A stretch of DNA of 64,000 nt from Takakia lepidozioides (taxonomy: Eukaryota > Plantae > Bryophyta): the NCBI GenBank assembly GCA_030704615.1, contig CM060732.1, positions 5,394,001-5,458,000 of the forward strand, in the 5' to 3' direction. Every line of letters begins with the position of its first letter. Positions within the stretch are counted from its first letter, which is position 1. This document shows, one piece after another, positions 1-12,657 of this stretch. Below the pieces are notes generated by a model. The model made no database searches. It was given only the letters and a program-made list of their open reading frames with translations, and was not told the origin of the DNA. A program made the translations under genes and the position numbers.

Positions 1-3
1 ACT

Positions 4-3000
4 GTGAGGTCGAAGCCTACAGGATCAGAGGGGAAAGGATCTGGAGATGGGGACGAGTCCGCAAAAAGCTCAGAGAATACAGATGAAGCAGATGAATCCG
101 AAGTGCACTACCTTGACAAGGTGAAAGAACTCATGTCATTCCAGAAGGTAAACTCTCAGGAGGTTATAAGGGACATGCTCGTATCTGGAGGGCGTCTGGA
201 CATACCTCTGTGCCGGATGATATCAATGCCTGTTGTGCGTCCACCTCTTTCCCATGACATAACAAAATTGGAGAGTGATTTTGTGCATGGATATAGACTT
301 GGTGCACAAGTTTTTTATGTGTGTCACTGACGGATATAAATGGGAAAAGCACATTAGTGTCTCCAGAGATCAGTGATAACTGGGATGAGTGCTGGAAAGA
401 TGCCAATGAGGAGTTCGAGCTGGGCCTCATGATGGGAAAGAACACCCAGCAATTCTGCAACCACATGTTCTACGTCTGGGACGGCAACCACCGATTGCTG
501 GCATGGATGGGATACATTCAGAAACACCATTCGAAAGACAAAGACAAGCATGTTGCTGTGGAGGCAATGGTTTTGGATCCAGGAAACGACATCGCTAGGC
601 TTCTTACAGCTATGCACGACGTGAACAAGTAAGTCATCCAGGAGATTTCATTCCCTCTGTAGTGTCTTGTTAATCCTCAAAAAACAGTGTTAAGGAATGC
701 AATGTTTCCAATGTTTTTGCAGATCGACAGAGAAATCGCATGTGACAACAAGCTTGGTTCACACACTATTCCGAATTCAGAGGATTGGTCTGATGAAGCT
801 GGATGATTTTCGGACAGTACTACCACCCAATATCATCAAGAAGTGCGAAACAGGAAGAGCTGCAGGCACTTGGTATTCTTTGACACGAGAGGCGTTTCTG
901 GAGTACATGTATGCGGTAAGCCCGAGTCTGTAATCTGTTTACTTTTCGAATACATGTTTGTAGTCCCTTCGGAGCTAATCACTACTTGAATGAATGCAGC
1001 AAGAACTGGCAGAGGCAGCTGAGAAGGGAAAATCCGAATATTACCGCACTACACCAGAAGAACTAAGGACATCAAAGGGTGTGGAAGCTGCAATAAAGAA
1101 GGAGTTTGAAATGCGAAGAACCAAATTGATGTCAGCCTTCGGAAAGCAGCTTAGAATAGTAGATCCTGGACTTGGTCCTGAGTTCCTTCAGCAGATCAAA
1201 ACACACTATGACAAGCATGTGCATCCGGAGATGCAGCAGGAGAAATTGCACCGGCTGGCCATATCGATGGTCGACCCACAAACAAAAATAAGGTGGCTGG
1301 AGATATGGAACTCAGATCAAACAGTAAAGGACTTGAATCAGTTCCCAAAGAGCACCATACAGCCTGGCACAAAGGTGGAAGGAATCAGTGATTTGGTGTT
1401 TGATAACTGGCTCCACAAGGCTACATTTTGGAGTCAGGTGTGTATTCGAACATGCTGTTTCTTCTCTTCAAGTATGTGATGTGTATCTTTTTTGCAATTC
1501 TGACAAATATACTATTTGCAGCTCGAAAAGCGCGCCGTCATTGTGCTGGATCAGACTTTGAAGGACCTGAACATTGCGATTGTTTCCCCTCCCCAAATGT
1601 CATTGGAGGCATACATAAGGAAGTGGAGAGGTCTCACCTGGAGATACTGTTTTGGGAGTTCTCCAAAGATGGTAACATTTTACGGTCCAACGACTTTGAC
1701 AGTCAGGTTGGAGGAGAGTGGGCCATGATGCGAGTTGTGTACAGGTGCAATGTCATACTTGAAACTCTACTGTTTTTTTTGGGAAAAAATGTGGCTTCAT
1801 ATGGATTGCAATCTTAGATCCAGATTGAATGTCGTTGACGACATTCACTTCTTGTCTGAGTCATTCTTAAGCGAGTATATGAATTCACCTGGTTAGGATC
1901 TAAGGGTGCAATTATATTGTCCCTGATTAGAATTGATAATGTCCTTGAATGGCGTTGACGACATTCACATACGGAGTTGTTGAGAGGTCCTCAGAGTTAT
2001 TTAATTTTTGTAATGTCCATAGAGGTTACAGTGAGGGTTCCTCACTTCATTTTGCTGAATGTCAATGCAGACATTCAGTTGTTCTGCATTGTTTTTGCCT
2101 CTTGCGATGAATGTGGAGGCTTGATAAGCTCTGTTTTAAGAAATCCAAAGTGAATGTCGTTGACGACATTCACAGCTGTGTCTGTATTATTCAATACGAC
2201 AAATTGAATTTACATGGATTGGGGAGCTAAGTAATTGGTTCTTTTTGTATTTTTGTGAATGGCGTTGACGCCATTCACATACAGTGATGTTGTGAGGTCC
2301 TCAGTGATAGGTTCGTTATGAATGTGCATTGAGTTTGCCTGGAGGGTTCCTTACTCAATTTTTTTGATTTCCATCCTGTGATTTTGCTTCATTTAAGTAA
2401 TAATTTGGCTTCATTAGTGAATGTCGTTGACGACATTCACTTCTATGTCTGTGTCATTTCTAAACGATAATTTGCATTCACCTGGATTAGGGTGTATTTA
2501 CAGTATCATTGAATGGAATGTTCTGAATGGCGTTGACGACATTCATATCTGGAGCAGTAGTGTGGTCCTGAAAGGTCCTTGGAGCAGTTCTCAGAGCCAT
2601 TTCAATCTATGTTTTATTCTTTCTGTTCTACTTGCATTTACTCACTGAGCGCTTTTGTGGGTTGGGATTTATCTCCTTTTTTCAGGTACACGAAATATGT
2701 GCTTATGGAAGGAAATCACCTGAGCGGAATTCCCGACTATCTTGACATGTGGTCGGACCCTGCAAACGATCCAACCATGTATACTGCAGGGATATTGAAG
2801 GACTGGAGTCCTTCTCACTTCGAGACTGTGGGTGGTACCTTGACTGCCCACTGAGCACACGACCTTTCAAGAACAGCATATGAAATACTTGAACAATAAC
2901 GCTGAGATGCTGGCGCCTTTGACTGACGAAGAGTATCAACGAAACATAGCAACATTGGCTGCCAAGGAGCCTGATGCTCAGGGAACGCCGCAGAAGGGAA

Positions 3001-4860
3001 AGAAGGCGGGCCGCAAACCAAAAGACAAGGCTGTTGATGTCATAGCCATCTCACCAGCAAAGCCAAAGGACAAAGACAAGTCCAAAGAGAAGGAAAAGGA
3101 CAAGGGGAAGGAGAATGAAAAGGAGATGGAGAGTGGGCAGGACTTTACTGCTGGAAGATATACCCGCACTCTTCAGTGCGTGTTCGATGCCAAGCCACAC
3201 CCTTCCCGTTCTGATTCAGCAGGAGAGATGAAAATTGTTAATGAGGGTTGGCTTTCGATGATGCAGAGTCGAAAGAGAGGATACACTGGGGTGCCATCCC
3301 CTACCTGGGACAATATAATCTCATTCCTCAATCTGGTGAGAATTCCAGTTTCTTTCCTTTTTCTCTGAAAGTTTCGTTGGCAGTATTTCAGTCTCGTTCT
3401 TTGAAAACATCTTGCCATCGTTCTTATAAAAAACATGTCTGTTGCAGGTGAGCACAGGTCCCACCTTCGTGTGCGGTGTGCAGAAAACTTATGCGGCCGA
3501 CATTGTCATTCTCGACATCCCGGATGGCCAGGCTGTGCCAGAAGTTCTTCCAAAGGGCAAGACGCCAGGCTGGAACAAATTCGAGGACAACTACTGGAGT
3601 TGGGTGTTCGGGTTCTGTAACAATTTCCTCTCTGATGCAGGGACACTTCTGCTTTTTCAGTCATGTGACAATGATAGTCGTCGGGCATTGGCATCATACC
3701 TCAAGTCTTCAGGGTTTGAAGTTTTGCGCACATGGAATTGTGTGAACAGCCTCTACCTTGTGAAAGGGGGTTTCCCTGGTCAGCTGGTATGCCGTCTCCC
3801 TTCTGCTTGTGCTTTGATCATGAGTTTCAATTTTCTCTGCAGCTCCACTCTAGTAGAATGTTTTATGATCGACACCGATCATCACGATTCATGATTTTTT
3901 TTGTGTCAGAGTTCTGAATAGCCGATGTACACACTTCCACTATAGATTGTGTTTACCACACTAACCTGCTATCTTTGGCAGACGAGGATGTTCGAGGCGA
4001 TCTGCCTGCGGAGGATTCGCACATCAAAGACACCATCCTCCATCCGCAGCTTTGAGATTTCTGACCAGGGTTGTTTCGTCAACCCCCCCTATGAGCCCCA
4101 TGTCGATGACATTTTGTAGTCCAGTCAGACTCTGAAGAGACCAGATGGCACTCCCTGGAGAGGTGCAAAGGAAAAGTCACCAGCATTCATGCAAATACTG
4201 CTGAGTCATGCAGCCACCGCTGCACGGGTGGTCGATCTTTCTGTGTCCACAGGTTCGTTTTTCCCTTCCGAATTGGTTTCCTTTCAACAGTTTCATCTGC
4301 TTAAATCCCCCCCTCCAAACTGTTCATGTTCTCCTGTCTGGTGCAGGAGCAACTTACCACGCATGCAAGGCAGGCGGAAGAAGCCTTTTTGGCATGGAGG
4401 GTGATTCTGACCTCTACAACACCGTGCTCCTCCCCCTTTTGTCTGGCTCCACTTCAGGCACACAGACTGATCGGATTCAAATTCGAAATGATGACGATCC
4501 GAAGATAAGCAGGTCGACAACGACTTTTCATGTGAGTAAGTGCTAAACCCTCTTTGGGAGTCATACTCAATTTCTCGATAACATCAAAGTTACAGTAATA
4601 ACTTTTTCAGGCTGTCTTTCAGGAAAGGCAGCGGTGGATCTTCAGGAGATACAGTCATTTCTGGCGAGTCTGTTTTCGACAGCCCCCTTTCCAATTTTCT
4701 GCTTCCTGTTTATGCCGAAGCAATGGCACTTCACGCGGCCGAGTCCCTATCCCCTGACTTTTTAGTGGCCAGCCGTAGGTGTATCCAGCGTGGATCCGGT
4801 GTTCTAAAATACTTAGACTTAGATGCAGAGGAAGAGGGATACATTGTACTGACTCTGAGT
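4..4860 (+). pseudogene. Multi-exon gene: N-terminal ParB/Sulfiredoxin-like domain plus C-terminal beta-class (N4-cytosine/N6-adenine) DNA methyltransferase-like domain; disrupted, 5' end outside the window
   Basis: Inferred GT-AG exons: <4-628, 723-915, 1000-1437, 1522-1744, 2686-3335, 3448-3786, 3982-4252, 4347-~4530, plus short 3' exons to ~4860. ParB/Srx-like 'LDIPLCRM...VRPP...FYVWDGNHRLLAW'. MTase motif IV-like 'DIVILDIPDG' (~3500-3530). Spliced C-terminus 'EKSPAFMQILLSHAATAARVVDLSVSTG|ATYHACKAGGRSLFGMEGDSDLY' matches the motif X-I-II pattern. Frameshifts near 320, 1690 and 2860; in-frame TAG at 4117. Confidence 0.75.
1826..2545. repeat. Intronic array of seven 22-bp palindromes (TGAATGTCGT-TG-ACGACATTCA)
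   Basis: Copies start at 1826, 1946, 2056, 2151, 2256, 2418 and 2524 inside intron 1745-2685. They are embedded in diverged ~270-325 bp higher-order repeat units. Confidence 0.95.
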
Positions 4861-5029
4861 CAGACTGAACTGTATTCTTTTAATATTCATTTTCATATTA
4901 TCTGGAAAACGTTGAATCCCCTTCCTCCACCGTAGTTGTTCCTTTAGAACAAATAATAATCACAGAATCAACTTTCGTTTAAATTGCTATATGTATGAAT
5001 CCATCTCACAAACCTTCCTGACTCTTCTC

Positions 5030-5345
5030 ATATCCATTGTGCATTCATCTACACTGTATTCATGCGTGCTCCATTCATGAAAGCTTCCTTTGTACAACAT
5101 CCATTGTACATTCATCCTCTGTACTCTTTAATCCACCCCACAAACCTTCCACACTCATTTCATATACTTGTGCATTCGTCAAAAGATTTGGTCATGCATC
5201 TTCCTGTCATGAATTTTGTCATTGCTCAACATCCATTATACATTCATCCATTTTACTTATCCATCCGTCATTCATCCATCTACATACATTTTTCACACTC
5301 ATCCATCTGTTTATCATCCAACTGTACATTCATCCATCCTTTATT
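5030..5345. repeat. Degenerate CATCC/CATTCATCC-rich tandem repeat downstream of the ParB-MTase gene
   Basis: Recurrent 'catccattgtacattcatcc'-like units at ~5030, 5097, 5230 and 5315. Confidence 0.6.
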
Positions 5346-5842
5346 CAATGCCTTTTATTATGTCGTCCAGCTTGTTTCCGCGGTAAAGGGTGCCAATCCG
5401 CGGGAATACACTCCACTTCTTTCTGGGCGCGTGGTGACGCGGCCTTCACGTGTGATGCGTGGACTGAGCCCCATGACGTGGCATTTGCGCAAGGTGACGT
5501 GGCGTGAGCGCAACTGCGCTCACGCGCTCACGTGACCAGGTCACGCGAGGCATCCCTGGCTTTGTTGCGTCTGTCAGATTTTGACCTCTCTCGTCAGTTG
5601 CACTCGAAGCGCAGCAGCAGCATGAGCAAAAGCGCAATTGGTAGCCAGGAGCTTGGTGACAAGCGTTCAAATGCTCATATTCCCAATCATCATATCTGCA
5701 TTTTGTTCTTGGGCAAGGTGAGTGTTTTCCACGCGAGGAAGACAAGCGCCCAACCCTAAGTCCCGAAGTAGACCGTATAGCTGGATGTATAGATAGTGAT
5801 GAAATTATATATGCTAAAATACACTAGTTTATTTTTGCGGTA

Positions 5843-5998
5843 AAGATTCGTGTCAGTCGGTCTGGATTCCTTAAGAGATTCATGTCGGTTGGTCTAGATG
5901 CCTCTCGGGCGATAAAGATACCTTAAATATTCGTGTAGGTTGGTCTAGATTCCTTCCGGCGGTGAAGATGCCTTAAAAGATTCGTGTCGGTCGGTCCT
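5843..5998. repeat. Short imperfect tandem repeat (4 units of ~35-52 bp)
   Basis: Units 'agattcgtgtcggtcggtctagat(g/t)cct' at ~5843, 5876, 5928 and 5978. Confidence 0.7.
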
Positions 5999-6961
5999 AA
6001 AAGTGCCAGTTTAAGGTGGTGTTGGGCAGTCCTCTGCGAGCGCCAGAACATGGCGTAAATTGCATTCCCTACACAGGCACCCCGGTCTTGGGGCCCAGGC
6101 CGTCCTCGGCCTACGTTCATGGTCTTTTTGCTATTTCATACCCGCCTCACCCCCCTGGTTAGGGAATTCCAAAAAGGCCATCAACGAGGACAGGGTAAAT
6201 ATCGCTGTTTTGGCTTGGGCCCAGGGGCAGGCCCCAAAAGATTCTCAGGGCCTGGTACCTGTCCTTTACTCCTGGCCCCACGGGCCAACAGTGTCCTGCA
6301 CCCAAGGCTGCCTAGGGTCATTTTGGGAACGCATTTGGGGAACGTATATGCACGTTTTAGAAATGTATATATAGTACTATGATAATGTACACATACACCT
6401 ATACGTATAATCCAGCAAAGGAAAAGACCTAGGGTTTGGGTCATCTACCCTGCAGTTGCCACGATAGTAGGTAGACCTCGAAATTTCGCTATAATTGCCT
6501 TGTCATCTCCTTGCAAGAGAGTACCGTAGTTTTGTACACTAAATTTTATCATCCCATTTATAAAGACATCTTCTCCTCCTTACAGAAATTGCACACTCCT
6601 TGCCCCAAATATAGGCATATGCGCCGTCTCTTACTTCTGTCTCCTTTAATTTTGGGTGAATTGAACTTAGCGAAGCAGATACAGGGTTCGTAGTTGCTGG
6701 TCGCTGCATGGAAGGATGAAGATGGAGACTGGTACATGACAAGGTTGCCCATATTCTGTGAGTTTGCACCCCTCTCTTTGAACTTGCTTGAGTTGAGCAT
6801 GTAGTAGAAATAATAAGAGGTTGATTGTGGTAAGAGAAATTCACTCTTTCTTCTCTGCCTTTTAACAAGAGCAATTACATGTTAGTTCTTCTCCATGAGA
6901 TTTGTCAGCCCCACTGAATGGTGAGGGTCCAGCCCCTGCATCTTTGAGCGGCTGTCGGTGA

Positions 6962-7183
<222 letters not shown>

Positions 7184-10100
7184 TGATTCACTCCGCAAAG
7201 GCATGTACGCACTTGGCTGTCAACTGTCTGTACTAACTTTGCAAGATTCTCTGGTTCACAGTAGAGATAAACTTAAGGCACTGGGGGGGTGGAAAGGAAA
7301 GGATACGGATAAGGGAGAGAACCATGTTTCGAGCATCTGAAGCTTTCTTGTAGCTTCCATCCGCATGGGAATACCTGTAGCTTGAGGAAGGTCAGCATAA
7401 AGTAGCTTTGTGCAACCCTTGCAGGCGGAAACCAGCACATCAACGAGCATTGGGTATGCCGGAGAGCTATCGTAATTCATCACTTGTGTACGCAAAGTAC
7501 CTGTTGTTCTATCTATAAAATGTCAAGAAACTGAAGACGTCTGCACACTGGAACGCCCCTATTCACCTCTGATAAAGTCTCTTTTCTTTGATGAATATCT
7601 GTGCAGTATATCATCTTCCATCACAAGGTAGGCACTTCTCAAGCCACAGTTCTCACTGTGGCTTGTAGAACATGTGATGGGGACATGAAATCATGTGCCC
7701 CCTTCTGCTGTTGGTGGTTGGAAAGACTAAGGCACGATGCATGTGAACATAGGCAACCAGAGTCATGAGAAAAGTCAGCTCGATATTTTGTCTGCTATCT
7801 GCTCTGGAAGGTGGAGACGTCGATTTGAGTTGTAGATCCCACTGCATTGCAAGTTGTATTTGCTTAGGGTTAAATTTAGGGCTGCTCGTTACTAGCCCTA
7901 ATGGGCTTTTGTTTGCTCGACTGTTTGAATTTGAAAACCACGGGCTTTTGAGATGCCATCCATCTAACGGGGGTGGCTTTGCAGTTTTCTCTCTGTTTGG
8001 AGGACATGTTTGGAGTTGCACTAGGAAGATACATATATACACTGGCACGAGCGATTGGCCAGGCTGACAGTGAAGGCTTCGCTTTCGAACACTTCTTGCT
8101 AGAGAAGATGTTCAACTTGTGTATGGACTACGGAACCTCCTGGTCAGATTCTGCAGGTGTAAGCCTTACTGAGGCTGGAGTGTTGAATGATTGCTGAAAG
8201 TGCCATTTGCAGGTGCGATATTGTGGACATGACATGTGGCCCAACACTCTATTTGAGTTGCTAGTATGTAGTAGGGATGACTTTCTTGGAAGCCAGGGAC
8301 AGTAGTAAGTTTGTCCTCTAAAAATTGGTGTATACTGACTAAAATATTGGTGATCAAACTAACTTATACAGGGTTTTGTGATTGCTGCACCGAAGACTAA
8401 AACAAGGGCTACCAGCTGTCACACCTACTCAACCACCAACTTTTGTTCCCTCTTCCACTCCAGGTTTGTGTGCCGATCTGACTGTTAAAGTGTTTTTGAT
8501 GGCATCTTAGTTTAAAGGACCATCCAGTTTGCCTCCATTGTTCTCATTATCCGCCCTAATTTCTGGGATGAAGGCTCCAGGGCCTTGCGAATGAATTTAG
8601 AGCCTGCCGTAATTGAGAACCCCACAGACCTTGTCTTGGCTTTTCGGGTCTCAGGGAGAAATATTGACGTAGTAGACTCCTCAGATCACAAGCAACCACG
8701 GACACGTTTGAACAGTGTGGAGAGAGGAGATGAGACAGAGAGAGGCATATCACCTCTTGTTACAGGTATCCAAGTTAAGAGTAACCTCATGGACCCGTCA
8801 AATCCCCTGACCCAAGAATGTCATGAAGAATTTGGTGTGAATTCAACTGTGGAAGAAACCACTTCCAGAATTGGCACAAGTGCAGCTGCTGGCGTTTCCC
8901 CTTAAACATAGATTCTTGGTGTGATGCCAAGACCACATTCCAGTTCAGTGTCCCAGCACATGTGACTTCCATTGTATCTGTATTGCTCAGTTGCATAGAG
9001 GCATGAACTGTTCTGTTCACACAGTTTCTGACAAATTAGACACAGTCTGTTCAATTGTTCACTGTTCTGTTCACACAGTCAATTGTCACTGATGATGGTT
9101 CCTTTCAGGATGTCAATTGCACTGATGACGTCCCTACATATACTTCTGAATTGGTTTGCACCTCACCTTCAATTTTCTGCCGAAAGGATTTGTTTGTTGC
9201 TTGCAGATTTCCACTCCTCTTGTCGATGCCGACATGTCTACAACATGCAAGGTCCTTCCACGCAGTCTCCTAGCTAGGTACACATATGTCATAGTCTCCC
9301 ATAACTTGTGTCCATAAAGTATTGTATCCTTCGAAACATCATCTGCTCGTCTTTGTAGGGTGGTAGATAAAGGGTCTGCACAGAGGTAGAGGAGACTGAA
9401 TGCAAGGGTTATCTTTTCGATCTAGGAGCATGATGCTCATGCGTCGCGCTCCAAAATACTTCAAAATATTGTGATGCAGTTTCCAGAAATCCAACACTCG
9501 TATGCGGATATGACACCCAAGCTCATGTGAGCAGAAATGTAAATTGATACTCACACATTCATTCGGTTCATTGCACGTCAAACCTGTCGTAAACACTGCA
9601 AGATGAGTTCTTTCTGGATAGGTCACACACCTCGTGAACCAATGGTGCTGCACGGGGTCAATGGAGTGGTGGAAGTCGCAGTGTCGTAGGAAATCTGCTG
9701 CCTCAAAAGCACAGGTCCCTTTGAACAACACCCTTAGCATCATTGGAGTGAGTAGATCCAAGCAAGCTCGCATTTCTTATTTTTTGGGGGGAGATGCATT
9801 TGCATGCTCGATACCCAGAGCAAAGCTTCATGCATGGCAAGGCCTATTTCCCTTCAACCCTCAAACAGATGGCTGTATATTATTCCTCCAACTTTGGATT
9901 TCACATCCCTCTCCCAACTCTCCTCCTTCACTTCAAAATTTTGGAATGTCCACCCAAGACCATCAATCTGCTCTGCAGACAGCTCCTTGACAAGGTCTTT
10001 GGCATCTTCAATAGATTTGGTCAATCGCAATCCGAGCCTAAAATCTCTCTCTAAATCAGTGCGTAGTTTTCGCTCAACCCCTTTTTCCAAGTTTTGGGAC

Positions 10101-11358
10101 GTCGGCACTTGGTTCAACATGATGAGTAGGGTTGCATACGAAAAGAAGTGTGGCACCTCAATCATATAAGAGGCAAGCTTGAATATGAGATGTCCAAGCA
10201 TGCGGGCCTGCGTTTAGAAATCGACTAATAGTCAGTGGAAATCGCGTTACTTTAAGTGGAGTGACATCATTGAAGGAAATCTACTAATTGTGTTTACTGA
10301 AAAACAGACCAGTTTGAAGAGGAAGATGTGGGCGATGCGGGAGGCACACTCAGAGACGCCTGTAGCAGATCAGACTGCTGCAAAGCTGCCACAGGCGAGG
10401 CCAGAGATGCAGCCATACTCGCCCCCTCGAGATTGGGGAGTGCCTACTAATTCCACCTCTCTTTCTCTCTCTTGAAACCTTTCCTCTCCCTCTCTCTCCA
10501 CCAATACAAGGTGGCCCCCAGAAATCTGGCTAACATGTGAGAGTGGTTAATTAGAGTGAAAGTTGTCCTTGCATATTGTCCACATATTCAAATATCTGGT
10601 TGTAATTCTGGGGCCAAGAATAACACAAGAGCTGGCTGCTAGGGCTGGAAGCCATCGTTGCTAGACAGGAGACAGTTAAGCTGACGACGCACTTGCAATC
10701 TGAGACAATGATCATGCAGGCACCCTGGTACTGTGAGCGTCGTCAAGGCCGCAAAAGCTTTTTGTTAGTCTACCGAGCCTAAGTATTCATCGACCCAAAG
10801 ATGCACAGGCACAGTAAAATAGCATGCCCTCCATCTCCACCAAAACTTCAGACCCCGAGATATTCCCCTATCCTCTGTGGGCTCAGCTTCTCAAAGGGGA
10901 ATAAGGCTCTTTTAGAACATGCTAGGCAGACAATAGGGGATCACAAGTAGAGCATGTAGCACCAAAACCAATCAGAACTTGTAGAGCATCATGACAGTTT
11001 CATCCCAAACACAGTTGGACATCCAAGTAGACGGTTTTGCACTTAAAACACATTGACTGTCGTCCATTAAATAAGTGAGAGTGGCTAATCTTAGTGGCCA
11101 CCTGCTCAATTTTCATTGGCTTGTCAGATTACAAGACCCAAAAGTCACACATCAGCTCCAGCCTGTCTTATCATTTTACTGTTGACATAGGTTAAGGCTT
11201 AAACTTCAAAAGATAGTTTACTTACCAAATCTCTTAATTGTTTCCTAGTTTTCATCCATCCTTTGACAGAGGGGAATCTGTTCATTGGAGGAATCCATGG
11301 CTCTATGTACAAGATATGCGCATTTTTCTGAGCTGGGGTCAACATTTTTACTCGCGTT

Positions 11359-11767
11359 TAGGGAGCGGCCAAGCTGGAGCTGAATTCAGGCTCCTAGAGC
11401 GCCCTATTGGGATCGCCCAGGGGCTTGCTCGGTTCTCTACAAATAGGCTTTGTAAAAAGAAACTTTATCTTTTTTATCTTTATCTACTACGTCGTCAAAA
11501 CGTAAAAACTGCTGTAATTTTCTTAGGGCAGTTTGAAGCAGAATTCCCCAGGATGCACCAGTTGGCATCGAACCAATGGTCCCATAGGGGCGGGAGCATG
11601 GAACCGTTGCCATAGGGAGATTCGTGGACGCAATCTTGCCCCTTGGATGAGATATCATCTAGGGTTGATGTGGAGCCAGCTAGTCAGAGGGTGGAACCAG
11701 ATGAGCAAATTTTTCCGGGCTTGCTAACTTAGGAGCCTCAATCGGCTCCAGCTGGCCCGTTCTCTAG
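11359..11767. mobile_element. MITE-like element with ~38-bp imperfect terminal inverted repeats
   Basis: Left end 'tagggagcggccaagctggagctgaattcaggctccta'; reverse complement of right end 'tagagaaacgggccagctggagccgattgaggctccta'. TA at both outer ends; non-coding. Confidence 0.55.
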
Positions 11768-11936
11768 AGACTGTTCTAGAGATGGATGCCCAGCTAACTT
11801 GATGTCATCGATGAAAAGGCCCGACTGTGGATGAAAGATTCATCGTTGAAGGGAATGAGGATTCTCACTGCAGGCGTAGCGTGGACAATGTACTGGTGCA
11901 AGTGTCTACTGCATGCATGTGTCTTACAGTGTCAAA

Positions 11937-12542
11937 GCGTAAAGCCCTGTGAAATTTTTTTCTTTTATAACTATATGGGGCGGGTTATAGAGCAGAATGG
12001 GCGGTATTAGAGCATCACCACCCTTGAGCCCGAAAAACTCCTTGTAACACAAAAGATAGTGTCATCGATTCAGTGCTGCTGGGTTCTTTGGCGCGGCAGC
12101 CCGACTCGCGCACACCCTTGTCCCTAAATCGCCCACGCCATCCCCCCGCCCTCGCCTCCCATTGGCGGGAGGGGCGAGATCTCCACCAAGACGCTGACGG
12201 GCACGCGCTTGGTCAGTTGACTTGGATTCAGGGACGTTTTCTGTGCGTAGAATACAGCGCTCGGGTTCAGTGCACCAGTGCACGGAACGATATTCAGTGG
12301 GAGCTTTTCACGGGATATAGGGTTCAGTGCATGGGTGGGGGACGTTCCCGCCCACCATACCCTCATGTTCCGTTGGCCTGCTGGTTCAGTGTAGGGTGGG
12401 GATGCTCTTAGGGCGTCACACGTGAGGTCCCCCCTGGCCGTGAGCTTACACGTAAGAACCCTGCAACGCGGGAAAAAACGTGTAACGTTCATCCAGCCGT
12501 TGGATCTATGGCATAGATCCAAAATTTCGTAGGGCTTTACGC
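11937..12542. mobile_element. Non-autonomous TIR element (~600 bp)
   Basis: Left 'gcgtaaagccctgtgaaatttt' and right 'aaaatttcgtagggctttacgc' match inverted at 20/22 positions. Interior has short 'ggttcagtg' repeats. No TSD recognised. Confidence 0.65.
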
Positions 12543-12543
12543 G

Positions 12544-12657
12544 GGGTGAGGCATTATCCCCAGGGGCTTCTAGTACCGAGGCCCTGTAATACGAGGGCGG
12601 AGGATTATAGGGGCGAGGTACTGGAAGCCCCTGGGGACAATGCCTGCAGCCTCACCC
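12544..12657. repeat. ~115-bp fold-back palindrome (mini-MITE-like)
   Basis: 'gggtgaggcattatccccaggggcttctagtacc...ggtactggaagcccctggggacaatgcc(tgcag)cctcaccc'. Confidence 0.7.

Noticed and set aside
1826-2545. CRISPR array (palindromic repeats with spacers)
   Set aside because: Spacers are 75-140 bp and homologous to each other in an alternating pattern, the array is in a spliceosomal intron, and there are no cas genes.
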